Notes under the pieces: model-generated
What the model was told of the DNA's origin: nothing
What the model saw: only the letters and a program-made list of their open reading frames with translations
The model's database searches: none
Program-made: the position numbers and the translations under genes
Assembly: GCA_958296135.2 (NCBI GenBank)
Contig: CATQHZ020000001.1
Location: 1,120,001-1,184,000 of the forward strand
DNA: 64,000 nt
Origin: an uncultured Poribacteria bacterium
Lineage (GTDB): Bacteria; Poribacteria; WGA-4E; WGA-3G
Direction of reading: 5' to 3'
Shown: piece by piece, positions 38,670-47,883 of the stretch
How positions within the stretch are numbered: position 1 is the stretch's first letter
Layout: every line of letters starts with the position of its first letter

Positions 38670-39375
38670 CGATTGCGAGGGGGTCCTTAGTCCGTAGGGC
38701 GCGGGCCTGTGCTGCGCCGTGCGATGGTAAAAAGGGCCCCTTCTACCGTAGGGCGCGGGCCTGTGCCGCGCCGTGCGATGGTAAAAAGGGCCCCTTCTAC
38801 CGTAGGGCGCGGTCCTGTGCCGCGCCATGCATCGATCTGCAGAGAAGAGGCCCGAAGTCCTGGGGCTTCGGGCGTTTTTTGTGTAGGTCGGTAGATCGCG
38901 AGGGACAGGCCCTCGCGCTACGGACTAAGGGGCCTTCGGTTAAAAGCCTTAGTCCGTAGGGCGCGGTCCTGTGCCGCGCCGTGGTTCGGTCTATCGCGAG
39001 GGGCACCCTCGGCGATTCGCGATCGCCGGGCCCTCGCGCTCCGGTTAAAAGGGCCTTTTCTTGTCGCGTGAGAGATCGCGAGGGACAGGCCCTCGCGCTA
39101 CGGTGAAAAGGGCCGTTTTGCGAGGGACAGTGGACATCTCTGCAGCGAGGCTGCAGAGATGACAAAGTTTCGGCGTAACGGCCCTCGCGCGATGGTGAAA
39201 GGGGGTCCTTAGTCCGTAGCGCGCGGTCCTGTGCCGCGCCATGCATCGGTCTATCAAGAGAGATCGCGAGGGGCACCCTCGGCGATTCGCGATCGCCGGG
39301 CCCTCGCGCGATGGTGAAAAGGGCCGTTTTAAGGGGCGATCGCCGGGCTTTCGCGCGAGGGTGGAAAGGGGCCGT
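38670..39375. repeat. Mosaic REP-like array
   Basis: Same modules as the arrays at 30.8-34.0 kb. Confidence 0.88.
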
Positions 39376-39386
39376 TGTGATAATTC

Positions 39387-39415
39387 TTGCTTTTTTTTGC
39401 GAATTCTGGTATAAT
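39387..39415 (+). promoter_or_regulatory. Sigma70 promoter
   Basis: TTGCTT-17nt-TATAAT with extended TG. AAGGAGG RBS downstream. Confidence 0.75.
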
Positions 39416-39446
39416 AAATGTCAAACGGCTTTTGTAAGGAGGCACT

Positions 39447-40577
39447 ATGAAGGATTTTGCGTTTACAGGCGGCCGGCCAGATCCCTATACCTTCCCAACG
39501 GAAGGGCTCATCGCCGCGAGTGAGAAGGCACTCCGGAAACTTGGCGGCGACTTGGTGAATTATCCGGGTGAATCTGGCTACCGCGGCCTGCGTGAGCTCG
39601 CCTCAATGCGGTTTGAACGGCGCGAAGGCATCCCTCTCCCGATAGATAATATCTCGATTACCTCCGGTTCCATGCAGGCCCTGGAATTGGTGCTCGGGAC
39701 GCTTATCAACCCGGGCGACACGGTGCTGACGGAGGAATACACCTACAGCGGTACCTTGGGCATCATGCGGCATTTCAAGGCGAATATCGTCGGTGTGCCG
39801 ATGGACTATATCGATGGCATGGACATGGACGCGCTGGAGGTGCAACTGAAGGCGCTCCAGGCACAAAATATCCGGCCGTCGCTTATCTATACCACCTCGA
39901 ACCACCAGAACCCGACGGGTGCGATTTTGTCGCTGGAACGCCGGCACCGGATGTTGGAACTCGCCGAGGCATACGACACGCTCATCGTTGAGGACGACTG
40001 CTACGGCGACATTGACTTTACGTCTACGCCGACGCCGGATTCGCTTTTTAAGTTGGATACCGCAAATCGGGTGATTTTCATCGCCACGTTCTCTAAAATT
40101 TTAGGTGCAGGCGTGCGGCAAGGCTATTTCGTTGCACGAGAACCCTATTACGGGCAAATTCACCAGAGTCGGTGGGATGGGGGTACGAGCGCGCTAGCGA
40201 GTGCTATCGTCGCCGAATTTTTCATGGAGCACCTTGAGGCACACCTCGTGAAGACGAACGCCGCTGTCGGCGCGAAATGCCGCGCTGTCGTTGAAACGCT
40301 TGACAAACACGGCAGCGAGTGCTGCACGTGGACGCGGCCCCGCGGCGGACTTTTTCTCTGGCTCGATCTGCCATCGGAAACTGATTTGGACCGGTTGCAG
40401 CAACTTGCTTCGGCGAAAGGGGTGGGATACAGCAACGGCAGCGCGTTCCACTATGCGAGCGAGCCGGTCAAAGCGATTCGCCTCGCGTATGCTTACTGCC
40501 ACGTTGACGACATTCCGGAAGGGATTACCTATCTGTGCGAAGCTATCCGTGGCGCGCAGCGCACAAAAACGGATTAG
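39447..40577 (+). CDS. PLP-dependent aminotransferase class I/II (LysN/MocR-like, no HTH)
   Basis: NHQNPTG, VEDDCYG, TFSKILGAGVRQG and GGLFLW motifs. Confidence 0.9.
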   Translation: MKDFAFTGGRPDPYTFPTEGLIAASEKALRKLGGDLVNYPGESGYRGLRELASMRFERREGIPLPIDNISITSGSMQALELVLGTLINPGDTVLTEEYTYSGTLGIMRHFKANIVGVPMDYIDGMDMDALEVQLKALQAQNIRPSLIYTTSNHQNPTGAILSLERRHRMLELAEAYDTLIVEDDCYGDIDFTSTPTPDSLFKLDTANRVIFIATFSKILGAGVRQGYFVAREPYYGQIHQSRWDGGTSALASAIVAEFFMEHLEAHLVKTNAAVGAKCRAVVETLDKHGSECCTWTRPRGGLFLWLDLPSETDLDRLQQLASAKGVGYSNGSAFHYASEPVKAIRLAYAYCHVDDIPEGITYLCEAIRGAQRTKTD

Positions 40578-40592
40578 CGAGGGAAAGTTAAA

Positions 40593-41402
40593 ATGAAGAA
40601 ATTGACACATCGGCTCCTGAACCTGAGAACCGTTTGGGTTCTCTTGACGTTCGCCGCGAGTTTGGGATTCGCAACGCACGGTTATGGCCAGGCTGTTGTT
40701 TCGCTAGCGGCGACAGAAGGTGATACGCTGACTGTCGGCGAACAAATAGAGGTAAGCGTTACCGTCGCGAATGGCGCGGGGGTTGCGGGATATGCATTGC
40801 TCCTCGCCTTTGACGCGGCGGTGTTGCGCTATGTCAACGCGACACCGGGAGACTACCTCCCGCCGGGTGGTGTATGGATGGCACCTCAATTGCGCGCGGA
40901 CGGAAGTTATGAGGTCGCGCTCAGCGTTGGCGATGAAACATCGTCGGGCAAGACTGTGCAATTTGCGGAAGAGGAGCTCTCTGTACAGGATATGCTCTTC
41001 AATCTGCCGGGACAGCCGGCAGCGGTTGAGGATCCGTACGCTGTGTCCGTTCTGGCTTCGTCTGTCCCCGAGGCCGCCGAGGCAACGGATGGCACGCTTG
41101 TCACCTTCACGTTTGAAGTCATTGCGGCAAAATCGACTACCCTCAGCCTTGTTGAAAACCTCTCCGATGTTGAAGATGTCCCTTTGGCAGTTATTGCCCA
41201 GAGTCAAACGCTGTCCCTTAACGCTTCGGCGGCACCGGTTGATGTAAACGGCGATGGCACTGTCAACATCTTGGACTTGGTTTTCGTGGCTGGGCATTTC
41301 GGTGCGTCCGTGACGGCGGCGAATAAGGCGGCGGATGTCAATGGTGATGACGCGATTAACATTTTGGATTTAACGCTCATCGCGCAAAACTTCGGAAAAT
41401 GA
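40593..41402 (+). CDS. Secreted cohesin-like plus dockerin protein
   Basis: Signal peptide, cohesin-like AGY...FD..VL.Y..GDYL and GTLVTFTFEV, and two DVNGD..NILDL repeats. Confidence 0.8.
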   Translation: MKKLTHRLLNLRTVWVLLTFAASLGFATHGYGQAVVSLAATEGDTLTVGEQIEVSVTVANGAGVAGYALLLAFDAAVLRYVNATPGDYLPPGGVWMAPQLRADGSYEVALSVGDETSSGKTVQFAEEELSVQDMLFNLPGQPAAVEDPYAVSVLASSVPEAAEATDGTLVTFTFEVIAAKSTTLSLVENLSDVEDVPLAVIAQSQTLSLNASAAPVDVNGDGTVNILDLVFVAGHFGASVTAANKAADVNGDDAINILDLTLIAQNFGK

Positions 41403-41477
41403 GTGGAATTTCACGGGTGAATCAAAAACCGAGAGCTACATCGCTCTGCCTGCCAACGGTTAAGAGAGGTTCAAACT

Positions 41478-42845
41478 TTGCGCAATATCATTTTGATTTC
41501 ATTAGACACGCTGCGTGCTTCTAGCATGAGTTGTTATGGACATAGCAATTTGACGACACCGCATCTGGATGCCCTGGCAGAAAAATCGACGCTGTTTGAG
41601 GGTTGCATCAGTCCGCATATCCCGACGCATCCGGCGCATACGACGATGTTCACGGGTAAAGATGTGTTAACGCACCAGATCATCACACAGGGCGGTAGTC
41701 TCGATTTGGCGATGAACGTCAAAACGGTGGCGGAATTGCTGAGTGAGGCGGGCTATTTCACCGTGGCGGCGGATAACCTTGGGCGTTGGTTTCAGCGCGG
41801 CTTTTCATCGGCACACTACCGTGGGTATCAGTGGGAGACCCGTTATCGTGCTGCGCGCAAGGCGGAAGCTGTGAATCAGACGGCGATGGAATTGTTAGAC
41901 ATCGCGCGGGCCCAAGACAGCCCGTGGTTCGCGTTCTTGCATTATTGGGATCCGCACACGCCTTATTTGCCGCCGCTGCCGTTTGAGCGGATGTTTTATA
42001 GCGGTGACGAGTGCGCCCCGAGCAATCGGAGCATGGATGCGGTGTATGCGTGTGAACCGTTTACTGACTATTTCCGGCAGTGGATGTGGACACCGGATGC
42101 CGCGGATCCACATTTGCACAAAGGGCGGTTGTGGACAGACAGGCGGTATGTCAATGCGCAATACGATGCTTCTATCGCGTATATGGATGCCTGCCTCGCG
42201 CAACTCTTCCGCTACCTGCAGGATTCTGGGCAGCTGGAGGAGACACTCCTCGTCATCACAGCAGACCATGGTGAGGAATTGGACGAACACGAACTTTGGT
42301 ATGACCATCACGGGCTTTACCAGACGAATTGCCACGTGCCGCTCATCGTCCACTGTCCTGCGTTGGTTTCTGGTGGACAGCGGTTGGGGGGCTTAGTCAG
42401 TTTGAAGGATATTGCGCCGACGCTCTTGGATTACGCCGGGCACTCCGAGCTTGCAGCACGCGAGCAGATGGAAGGCACGAGTCTCCGGGCAGTGATGGAG
42501 AGTGGCACGCACGGTGGGACAGCGGATGCAGTCTATCTCACCGAGTGCGGCTGGATGAAGAAGCGCGGGTGGCAGACGAAGCAGTGGAAGTTGATTGTTG
42601 AGACCGGCGGTACGCCGGCTGTCTACAATACGCCGGAGATAGAGCTCTACGATTTGGAGGATGACCCGGACGAAGTCTACAATCTTGCGGAGGAGGCGGA
42701 TGATGTCGTGGCGCGGCTGCGCGGCGAGATGGAGGCTTTCGTGGAAGGCCGCCTTGCCGAAACCGGTCTTCCAGATCCGACGGAGGTGCAGGACATCACG
42801 ATGCGGCGCATTGGCGATAAGAGGAAGGCGGTGCCGCTTCCGTAA
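41478..42845 (+). CDS. Sulfatase-like hydrolase with Thr at the nucleophile position
   Basis: NIILISLDTLRA, PTHPAH, WDPHTPY and ADHGE motifs. Confidence 0.88.
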   Translation: MRNIILISLDTLRASSMSCYGHSNLTTPHLDALAEKSTLFEGCISPHIPTHPAHTTMFTGKDVLTHQIITQGGSLDLAMNVKTVAELLSEAGYFTVAADNLGRWFQRGFSSAHYRGYQWETRYRAARKAEAVNQTAMELLDIARAQDSPWFAFLHYWDPHTPYLPPLPFERMFYSGDECAPSNRSMDAVYACEPFTDYFRQWMWTPDAADPHLHKGRLWTDRRYVNAQYDASIAYMDACLAQLFRYLQDSGQLEETLLVITADHGEELDEHELWYDHHGLYQTNCHVPLIVHCPALVSGGQRLGGLVSLKDIAPTLLDYAGHSELAAREQMEGTSLRAVMESGTHGGTADAVYLTECGWMKKRGWQTKQWKLIVETGGTPAVYNTPEIELYDLEDDPDEVYNLAEEADDVVARLRGEMEAFVEGRLAETGLPDPTEVQDITMRRIGDKRKAVPLP

Positions 42846-42857
42846 AAGAGAAAAACT

Positions 42858-43853
42858 ATGAAATACAGAATTGCGATTCTATTGCACTTTATCGGCGTAG
42901 CGTGCGTTCTCAGTGGCTGCACGGCGTTGCAGGAGGCGCAAGAGAAAAGAGCGGCGCGTTTGCTTGAGGAGCGGGATGCGAATTCGCTCATGCTTGCGCC
43001 GTCGGATGCAAACATTCAGATTGCACCGGACGCTCTCTACGCTGAGAGCGACCACTATACCCTCAAGTTCGCCGCAGATTTGCTCGAGCTGGAGGGGTTT
43101 GATGAGGTGACAGAACGACACACCTTCGCACTCAGCGCGCTCGGCTACATGGAGAGCCTCTACGACTCGATGAACGACTACTTCGGGTTTCAACCGAAGC
43201 ATAAAATTCACGTGACGTTGTATGATGTCTATCGGGGAACCAGACACGCTGCAACAACCGGAACCAGTTATAGCCACGGCTATCGGGACGGTGCCTATGT
43301 GAAATTCGTTACCGGCATCACGATGAATTTTCCCCTCGCCATGTATGAACAATCCGATGTGAGGGCCCACGAATTGACGCACGCGTTCACCAATATCTAT
43401 TTCCTGCCGACGTGGTTTTCGGAGGGGCTCGCCGGGCTAATTCAGGCGGAGTATGCGAAAGGTGACTCCCATAGGAAACTCGATCTGCGCGGCAATTTGA
43501 AAATGAATCTTAACGGTGTCAATGCGCTTGAGGATTGGCAAGGGCACACCGGCAATAGCCCACTGACAGGCGGGCCGCTCACCCGCTGGCGGTATAACTA
43601 TTCCTATTCCATCGTGTCAAAACTACGTGCAGATTACGGGGACGATTTTTACATCCGCGTTTTCCAATTGATGGAAGCAGACCGGCTGCACCAAAAATTG
43701 CCGGGTAAAATGAAGACCAGTTTTCTCGTCTACTACTTCAGCAAAGCCGCTGGCGTTGATTTAGTGCCGTTCTTTGAAGAATTGCAGTTTAACGTGAAAA
43801 AATTAGACGAAAGTGACATTCTTCAGTGGATTGCAGACCTCGGGAGCCACTAG
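42858..43853 (+). CDS. Lipoprotein, putative gluzincin Zn-metallopeptidase
   Basis: Lipobox LSGC and HELTH...WFSEGLA. Confidence 0.75.
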   Translation: MKYRIAILLHFIGVACVLSGCTALQEAQEKRAARLLEERDANSLMLAPSDANIQIAPDALYAESDHYTLKFAADLLELEGFDEVTERHTFALSALGYMESLYDSMNDYFGFQPKHKIHVTLYDVYRGTRHAATTGTSYSHGYRDGAYVKFVTGITMNFPLAMYEQSDVRAHELTHAFTNIYFLPTWFSEGLAGLIQAEYAKGDSHRKLDLRGNLKMNLNGVNALEDWQGHTGNSPLTGGPLTRWRYNYSYSIVSKLRADYGDDFYIRVFQLMEADRLHQKLPGKMKTSFLVYYFSKAAGVDLVPFFEELQFNVKKLDESDILQWIADLGSH

Positions 43854-43870
43854 CGGAGGAGAAATTCATC

Positions 43871-44470
43871 ATGAAATGGAAACGAAGCGCGGGCATCATC
43901 CTGCTGTTCGGGCTGATGCTTTACTGCTACGGTTGCACACTTGGGCAGCAGTGGAGTGAAAACTACGCGCGCCTCCCCGGTGCCAAAGCGAATGACCCGG
44001 CCATCATTGATGGCAACTTGGAAACCGTTGGGCAGTCACAACGCAAAAAGGGTTCTGGCAGTCTTCTGACAGATCTCAACCTGCCGTCAGAGGCGATTAT
44101 CTTCTTACCGGAGAAAAGGGCGCTCTATCGCATCGTCATCCATTCGCCGAATCTGGAGGAATTCGCGTTGATGGCATTGGATTCGTTCGGCGAGTGGGAT
44201 AAAATCCACGATGAACGGAGCAATAAGCTGCCTGTTGTGGATATCCGTCTCAAGCGGGTTATCCGGACGACAGGCGTTAAATTGGTGGTTCGGCGCACGA
44301 CAGAAGATGCTGCTCGGAAACGCGAGAACGTCCAAGTGAGACGCGAAAATGTGGAGATTGGGGATGGGCAAAAACGGCGTGGGCGTTACTTACGCTATAT
44401 CACGGGTCCGACAACGGCACCCGCGAAAATCGCCGAGATCGAGTTGTATGGCTATGCTTCCGGCGAATAG
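43871..44470 (+). CDS. Lipoprotein, discoidin-like beta-sandwich
   Basis: Lipobox-like YGC, IIDGNLET and IAEIELYG motifs. Confidence 0.6.
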   Translation: MKWKRSAGIILLFGLMLYCYGCTLGQQWSENYARLPGAKANDPAIIDGNLETVGQSQRKKGSGSLLTDLNLPSEAIIFLPEKRALYRIVIHSPNLEEFALMALDSFGEWDKIHDERSNKLPVVDIRLKRVIRTTGVKLVVRRTTEDAARKRENVQVRRENVEIGDGQKRRGRYLRYITGPTTAPAKIAEIELYGYASGE

Positions 44471-44617
44471 GGCCGAATTGTGGGGATGTGTACGGGTGGA
44501 TTTCTAGCTCTGTCCCTATAGTTGGGTTCGGTGCAGGTGGCATTATTAACGGCTTTACGACGATGGACATCATTGGAGCCAACCCCGCTATGCGAACGCC
44601 TCGCGAACAACAAAAAC

Positions 44618-45757
44618 ATGCAATCCAATCACCTTCAAAAACAGTTAGACCGGTACCTCGGTATCCCGTTGTGTTTTTTGCTAGGCGGGTTCCGCGCGAG
44701 GCGCAATCTCCCGAGCGCGATGCCGAACAAGATTCTCTTTATCCAACTTTCTGCCTTGGGGGATACTGTTTTGGCGGTGCCGACGCTTCGCGCGATTCGG
44801 CACTGCTTCCCGAATGCCCATCTCACGATACTCGCCTCACCGATAAATCTAGCCTATTTGGCGTATTGCCCTTATATTGACAAGCGCGTCGCGTTTCAAG
44901 GCGGCATTTCCTACGAACTGCTCTCTACGCTCCGCCGGGAGCGTTACGATTGGGCGATAGATTTGGAGCATTGGCCGCGCCTGAGTGCGTTGCTGGCCTA
45001 TGCCAGCGGCGCGCCGATGCGCATTGGATTCAGCGCGGAGAGACAGCACCGGCACTTCCTCTTTACAGAAGTTGTGCCGCACACGCCGGGGCGGCATGAA
45101 GTGCTGAATTTTTTGGACTTGGCGCATCGGCTGGGGTGTCCGCTGCAAGGGACACATCTGGAAGTTTGGGTGCGCGATGCGGAGCGGGTGTGGCTAGAGA
45201 ATACCTTAGCACAGGAGGGAGGCGCGCTTTGTGAGCGCGCACTTATCGTGCTGCATCCGGAGGCAGGCAGGCGCGGCGAGCCACGCCGCCGCTGGCCCCA
45301 TGAACGTTATGTCCAATTGGCGGATGCTCTCGTCGCGCGCTATGACGCACAGATTGTCCTAACCGGCGCGCCAGACGAGGTGGAAGTCTCACAACAGATT
45401 GCGGCAGAGACAAAGCAGCGTCCCGTGGTGTTGGCAGGCAAAACGCGTATCAATCAGCTCGCTGCGCTCTTCTCGCGCGCCGCTCTGGTAATCAGCGGCA
45501 ATTGTGGCCCGATGCATCTCGCGGCGGCGGCGGGTACGCCTATCATCGCGTTGCATGGCCCGACAAATTCGGCGCAGTGGGGCCCGTGGACATCTCGAGC
45601 GACGGTGCTTCATGCGCGTGGGTTTTCGTGTAGTCCGTGTCTCAATTTAGGGTTTGAGTATGGGTGCCAGGCGTTGCCGGATGGCACGTCGCCGTGTATG
45701 CATACGATTGAGGTTTCGGCGGTGCTGCGGGCCTGTGCGACTTATCTTGAGAGTTGA
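44618..45757 (+). CDS. Glycosyltransferase family 9 (heptosyltransferase-like)
   Basis: SALGD, RRWP and GPMHLAAA.GTP.IALHGPT motifs. Confidence 0.9.
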   Translation: MQSNHLQKQLDRYLGIPLCFLLGGFRARRNLPSAMPNKILFIQLSALGDTVLAVPTLRAIRHCFPNAHLTILASPINLAYLAYCPYIDKRVAFQGGISYELLSTLRRERYDWAIDLEHWPRLSALLAYASGAPMRIGFSAERQHRHFLFTEVVPHTPGRHEVLNFLDLAHRLGCPLQGTHLEVWVRDAERVWLENTLAQEGGALCERALIVLHPEAGRRGEPRRRWPHERYVQLADALVARYDAQIVLTGAPDEVEVSQQIAAETKQRPVVLAGKTRINQLAALFSRAALVISGNCGPMHLAAAAGTPIIALHGPTNSAQWGPWTSRATVLHARGFSCSPCLNLGFEYGCQALPDGTSPCMHTIEVSAVLRACATYLES

Positions 45758-45895
45758 TTCATTTGGGGTCAGAACGCTTCAGTGCTCGGGTGAATTGTAA
45801 GGACAGCTTTCTATAGTTGTCTGAATCAGGGAGAATAGGGTTAATGAAAATATTTGGAAGTTTGCCTTAAAAAACGGCAGAATTGTGAAATTAAT

Positions 45896-45924
45896 TTGCA
45901 TTACTTAACAAATTATGGTATAAT
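45896..45924 (+). promoter_or_regulatory. Sigma70 promoter (probably leaderless transcript)
   Basis: TTGCAT-17nt-TATAAT with extended TG. The ATG lies 7 nt after the -10. Confidence 0.7.
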
Positions 45925-45931
45925 TAATGGT

Positions 45932-46234
45932 ATGATGGCAAATTTTCATGAAATGCGCGACCCGATTCATGGGTTCATCAAACTTTCTGATAAGGAAATG
46001 AAGTTGATTAACACACGAGTGTTTCAGCATCTTGAGGCAATTATGATATTTGACGAAAAGCGCGAGGTGCTAGAGTTTCTGCCTGAGTACACTGGTGAAC
46101 TGTTTTTCGTGAGGCCCGCCACCGCCGCCGCTTCTTTAGAGACCGTGCAGGTCTACGCGCCACTTGATCTGGCCAAAAAACAGAACCTATTGGAGCTTGA
46201 AACGGAAATTCAAGACATTTTGCGTTCTGATTAA
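45932..46234 (+). pseudogene. Internally deleted HD-domain phosphohydrolase (dNTPase/YwfO-like) remnant
   Basis: N-terminus RDPIHGFI.L...E..LINTRVFQ.L is typical of this family, but the RQL, H-x-RxEHS and HD core are missing. Confidence 0.7.
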
Positions 46235-46245
46235 AAGGAAACAAT

Positions 46246-46812
46246 ATGTACACGATGGATGTTATCCTCCTTGTTATCAACGAGGCAGGAAAAGAGGGTT
46301 TACGTGGGAGAACGCTCCTGCAAAAGAAACTCTATTTTTTATCTGTCTTGATGGATATTAATTTAGACTTCACCGCGCATCGCTACGGTCCCTACAGTAG
46401 TGCAGTTGCGGTGCATCTCGCTAGTTTAGTGGGGCATGGCTTCGTTAAGGAAGTGACAGAGTCCTTCGCAACGGCTTCAACCGAGCGGAGTGTCTTCGGT
46501 GAAATTCGCCGACACACCTATTTCTTAACCGAGGAAGCCGGCGAGGTGTGGAGCGACATTGAGAAGGAACCAGATTTTCCAAAATGGAAAGATACCCTCG
46601 GCCGGATAAATGCCCAGCCTATCGCCGACAATTTCAACAAACTCTCCATCGCCGCGAAGGTGCATTACATTGTCAATTGGAGAGGGAAAAGCACCGTTGA
46701 AGAGGTACGCCAAGTCGCTAAAGAGTATGGATGGGACGTGAGCAAGGAGGACATTGACAGCGTGCTATCCTTTCTGATGGCACTTGACCTGGTATCCGCC
46801 GCGGAGGTGTAG
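46246..46812 (+). CDS. YwgA/DUF4065-like winged-helix protein
   Basis: GRTLLQKKLYFL and F..HRYGPYS motifs. Confidence 0.7.
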   Translation: MYTMDVILLVINEAGKEGLRGRTLLQKKLYFLSVLMDINLDFTAHRYGPYSSAVAVHLASLVGHGFVKEVTESFATASTERSVFGEIRRHTYFLTEEAGEVWSDIEKEPDFPKWKDTLGRINAQPIADNFNKLSIAAKVHYIVNWRGKSTVEEVRQVAKEYGWDVSKEDIDSVLSFLMALDLVSAAEV

Positions 46813-46947
46813 CACCTTGCCGCGCAAAAGGGGGAGGGAACAACACTGCGGTTGTGCCCTCTCTCTTGATATGTTCTCCCTCAAGACGAAGGCGGCGGCG
46901 CGTTCCACTCGAAAATCAGAGCTGCACCGTAGGCTGTCAGATGCTCG

Positions 46948-47727
46948 CTAGAGAAGCCTTTCCTTCAACCGCTGCGTCGCCATCTTCACGTAGTGCGGAT
47001 TGCGCTCTATTCCCAGCCAACCTCTTCCTAACGCCTGTGCAACAACCGCTGTCGTCCCGGAACCTAAAAACGGGTCTAGCACCAGTTCTCCTGCCTCCGT
47101 TGAACAGAGAATTAGTTTCTCAATGAGCCCGTAGGGTTTTTGACACGGATGCCCGCACTTTTCTTTGGAGTTTCCTTTCAAACTTGGAACACGCAGCAGA
47201 TTCGTGGCGTATTTGCCCGCCATCAGATGCTGATGGCGCGCGGCTTTGTCCTTATAGCGGGTGTCCTTGAGATACGCCGCGATCGTCTGTTCATCGTAAG
47301 GAATTCGGACAGCATCCTTGATGAACTTCACCTTCTCGCTTTTGCGAAGCACGAGGATTATCTCGTATGCAGGCGTGAAGCTGTCTCGGCGTTCGTTGTA
47401 TCCGACGGCGCGATCCCAGATAACCAGGTCATGAAACTGAAATTCGGTGCAGAAGTGGGACATGAGATGGATGAAAACATGCTCGCGCTTGCCGAGTTGT
47501 CCGAAGCAGAAGAAGAGTCCGTCTGATTTCAACAGCCGGATGCACTGCCGCGCCCAGTGCATGGACCAGGCGAGATAATCCTCTTCGGAGTGCCATTGCG
47601 TATCCCAGGTCTCGTCGGTGAGGACGTTGTAGTAAGGCGGATCTGCGATGATGGTTTGGAATGCGGCATCGGGGAGTTTGGGTAATTCGTGGCATGCATC
47701 GCCGGTGATGATGTGGTTGGTTTTCAT
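46948..47727 (-). CDS. DNA N4C/N6A methyltransferase (beta class)
   Basis: DPPY precedes HPCQKP and LDPFLGSGTT. Confidence 0.92.
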   Translation of the reverse strand: MKTNHIITGDACHELPKLPDAAFQTIIADPPYYNVLTDETWDTQWHSEEDYLAWSMHWARQCIRLLKSDGLFFCFGQLGKREHVFIHLMSHFCTEFQFHDLVIWDRAVGYNERRDSFTPAYEIILVLRKSEKVKFIKDAVRIPYDEQTIAAYLKDTRYKDKAARHQHLMAGKYATNLLRVPSLKGNSKEKCGHPCQKPYGLIEKLILCSTEAGELVLDPFLGSGTTAVVAQALGRGWLGIERNPHYVKMATQRLKERLL

Positions 47728-47883
47728 GGGAGCTCCACTAGTGCATGTTTGAATTTTCCGGATGTCCTTGTCTGCCCAGGTCAAGATCGCCTGAAGTTCT
47801 GGCATGCTTGCCAAACGTTCTTAACCTCGTTTTCCGCGAAATGATTCTCCTTCATCCCGGTAATTTCAAGTTGGACACCAGTA

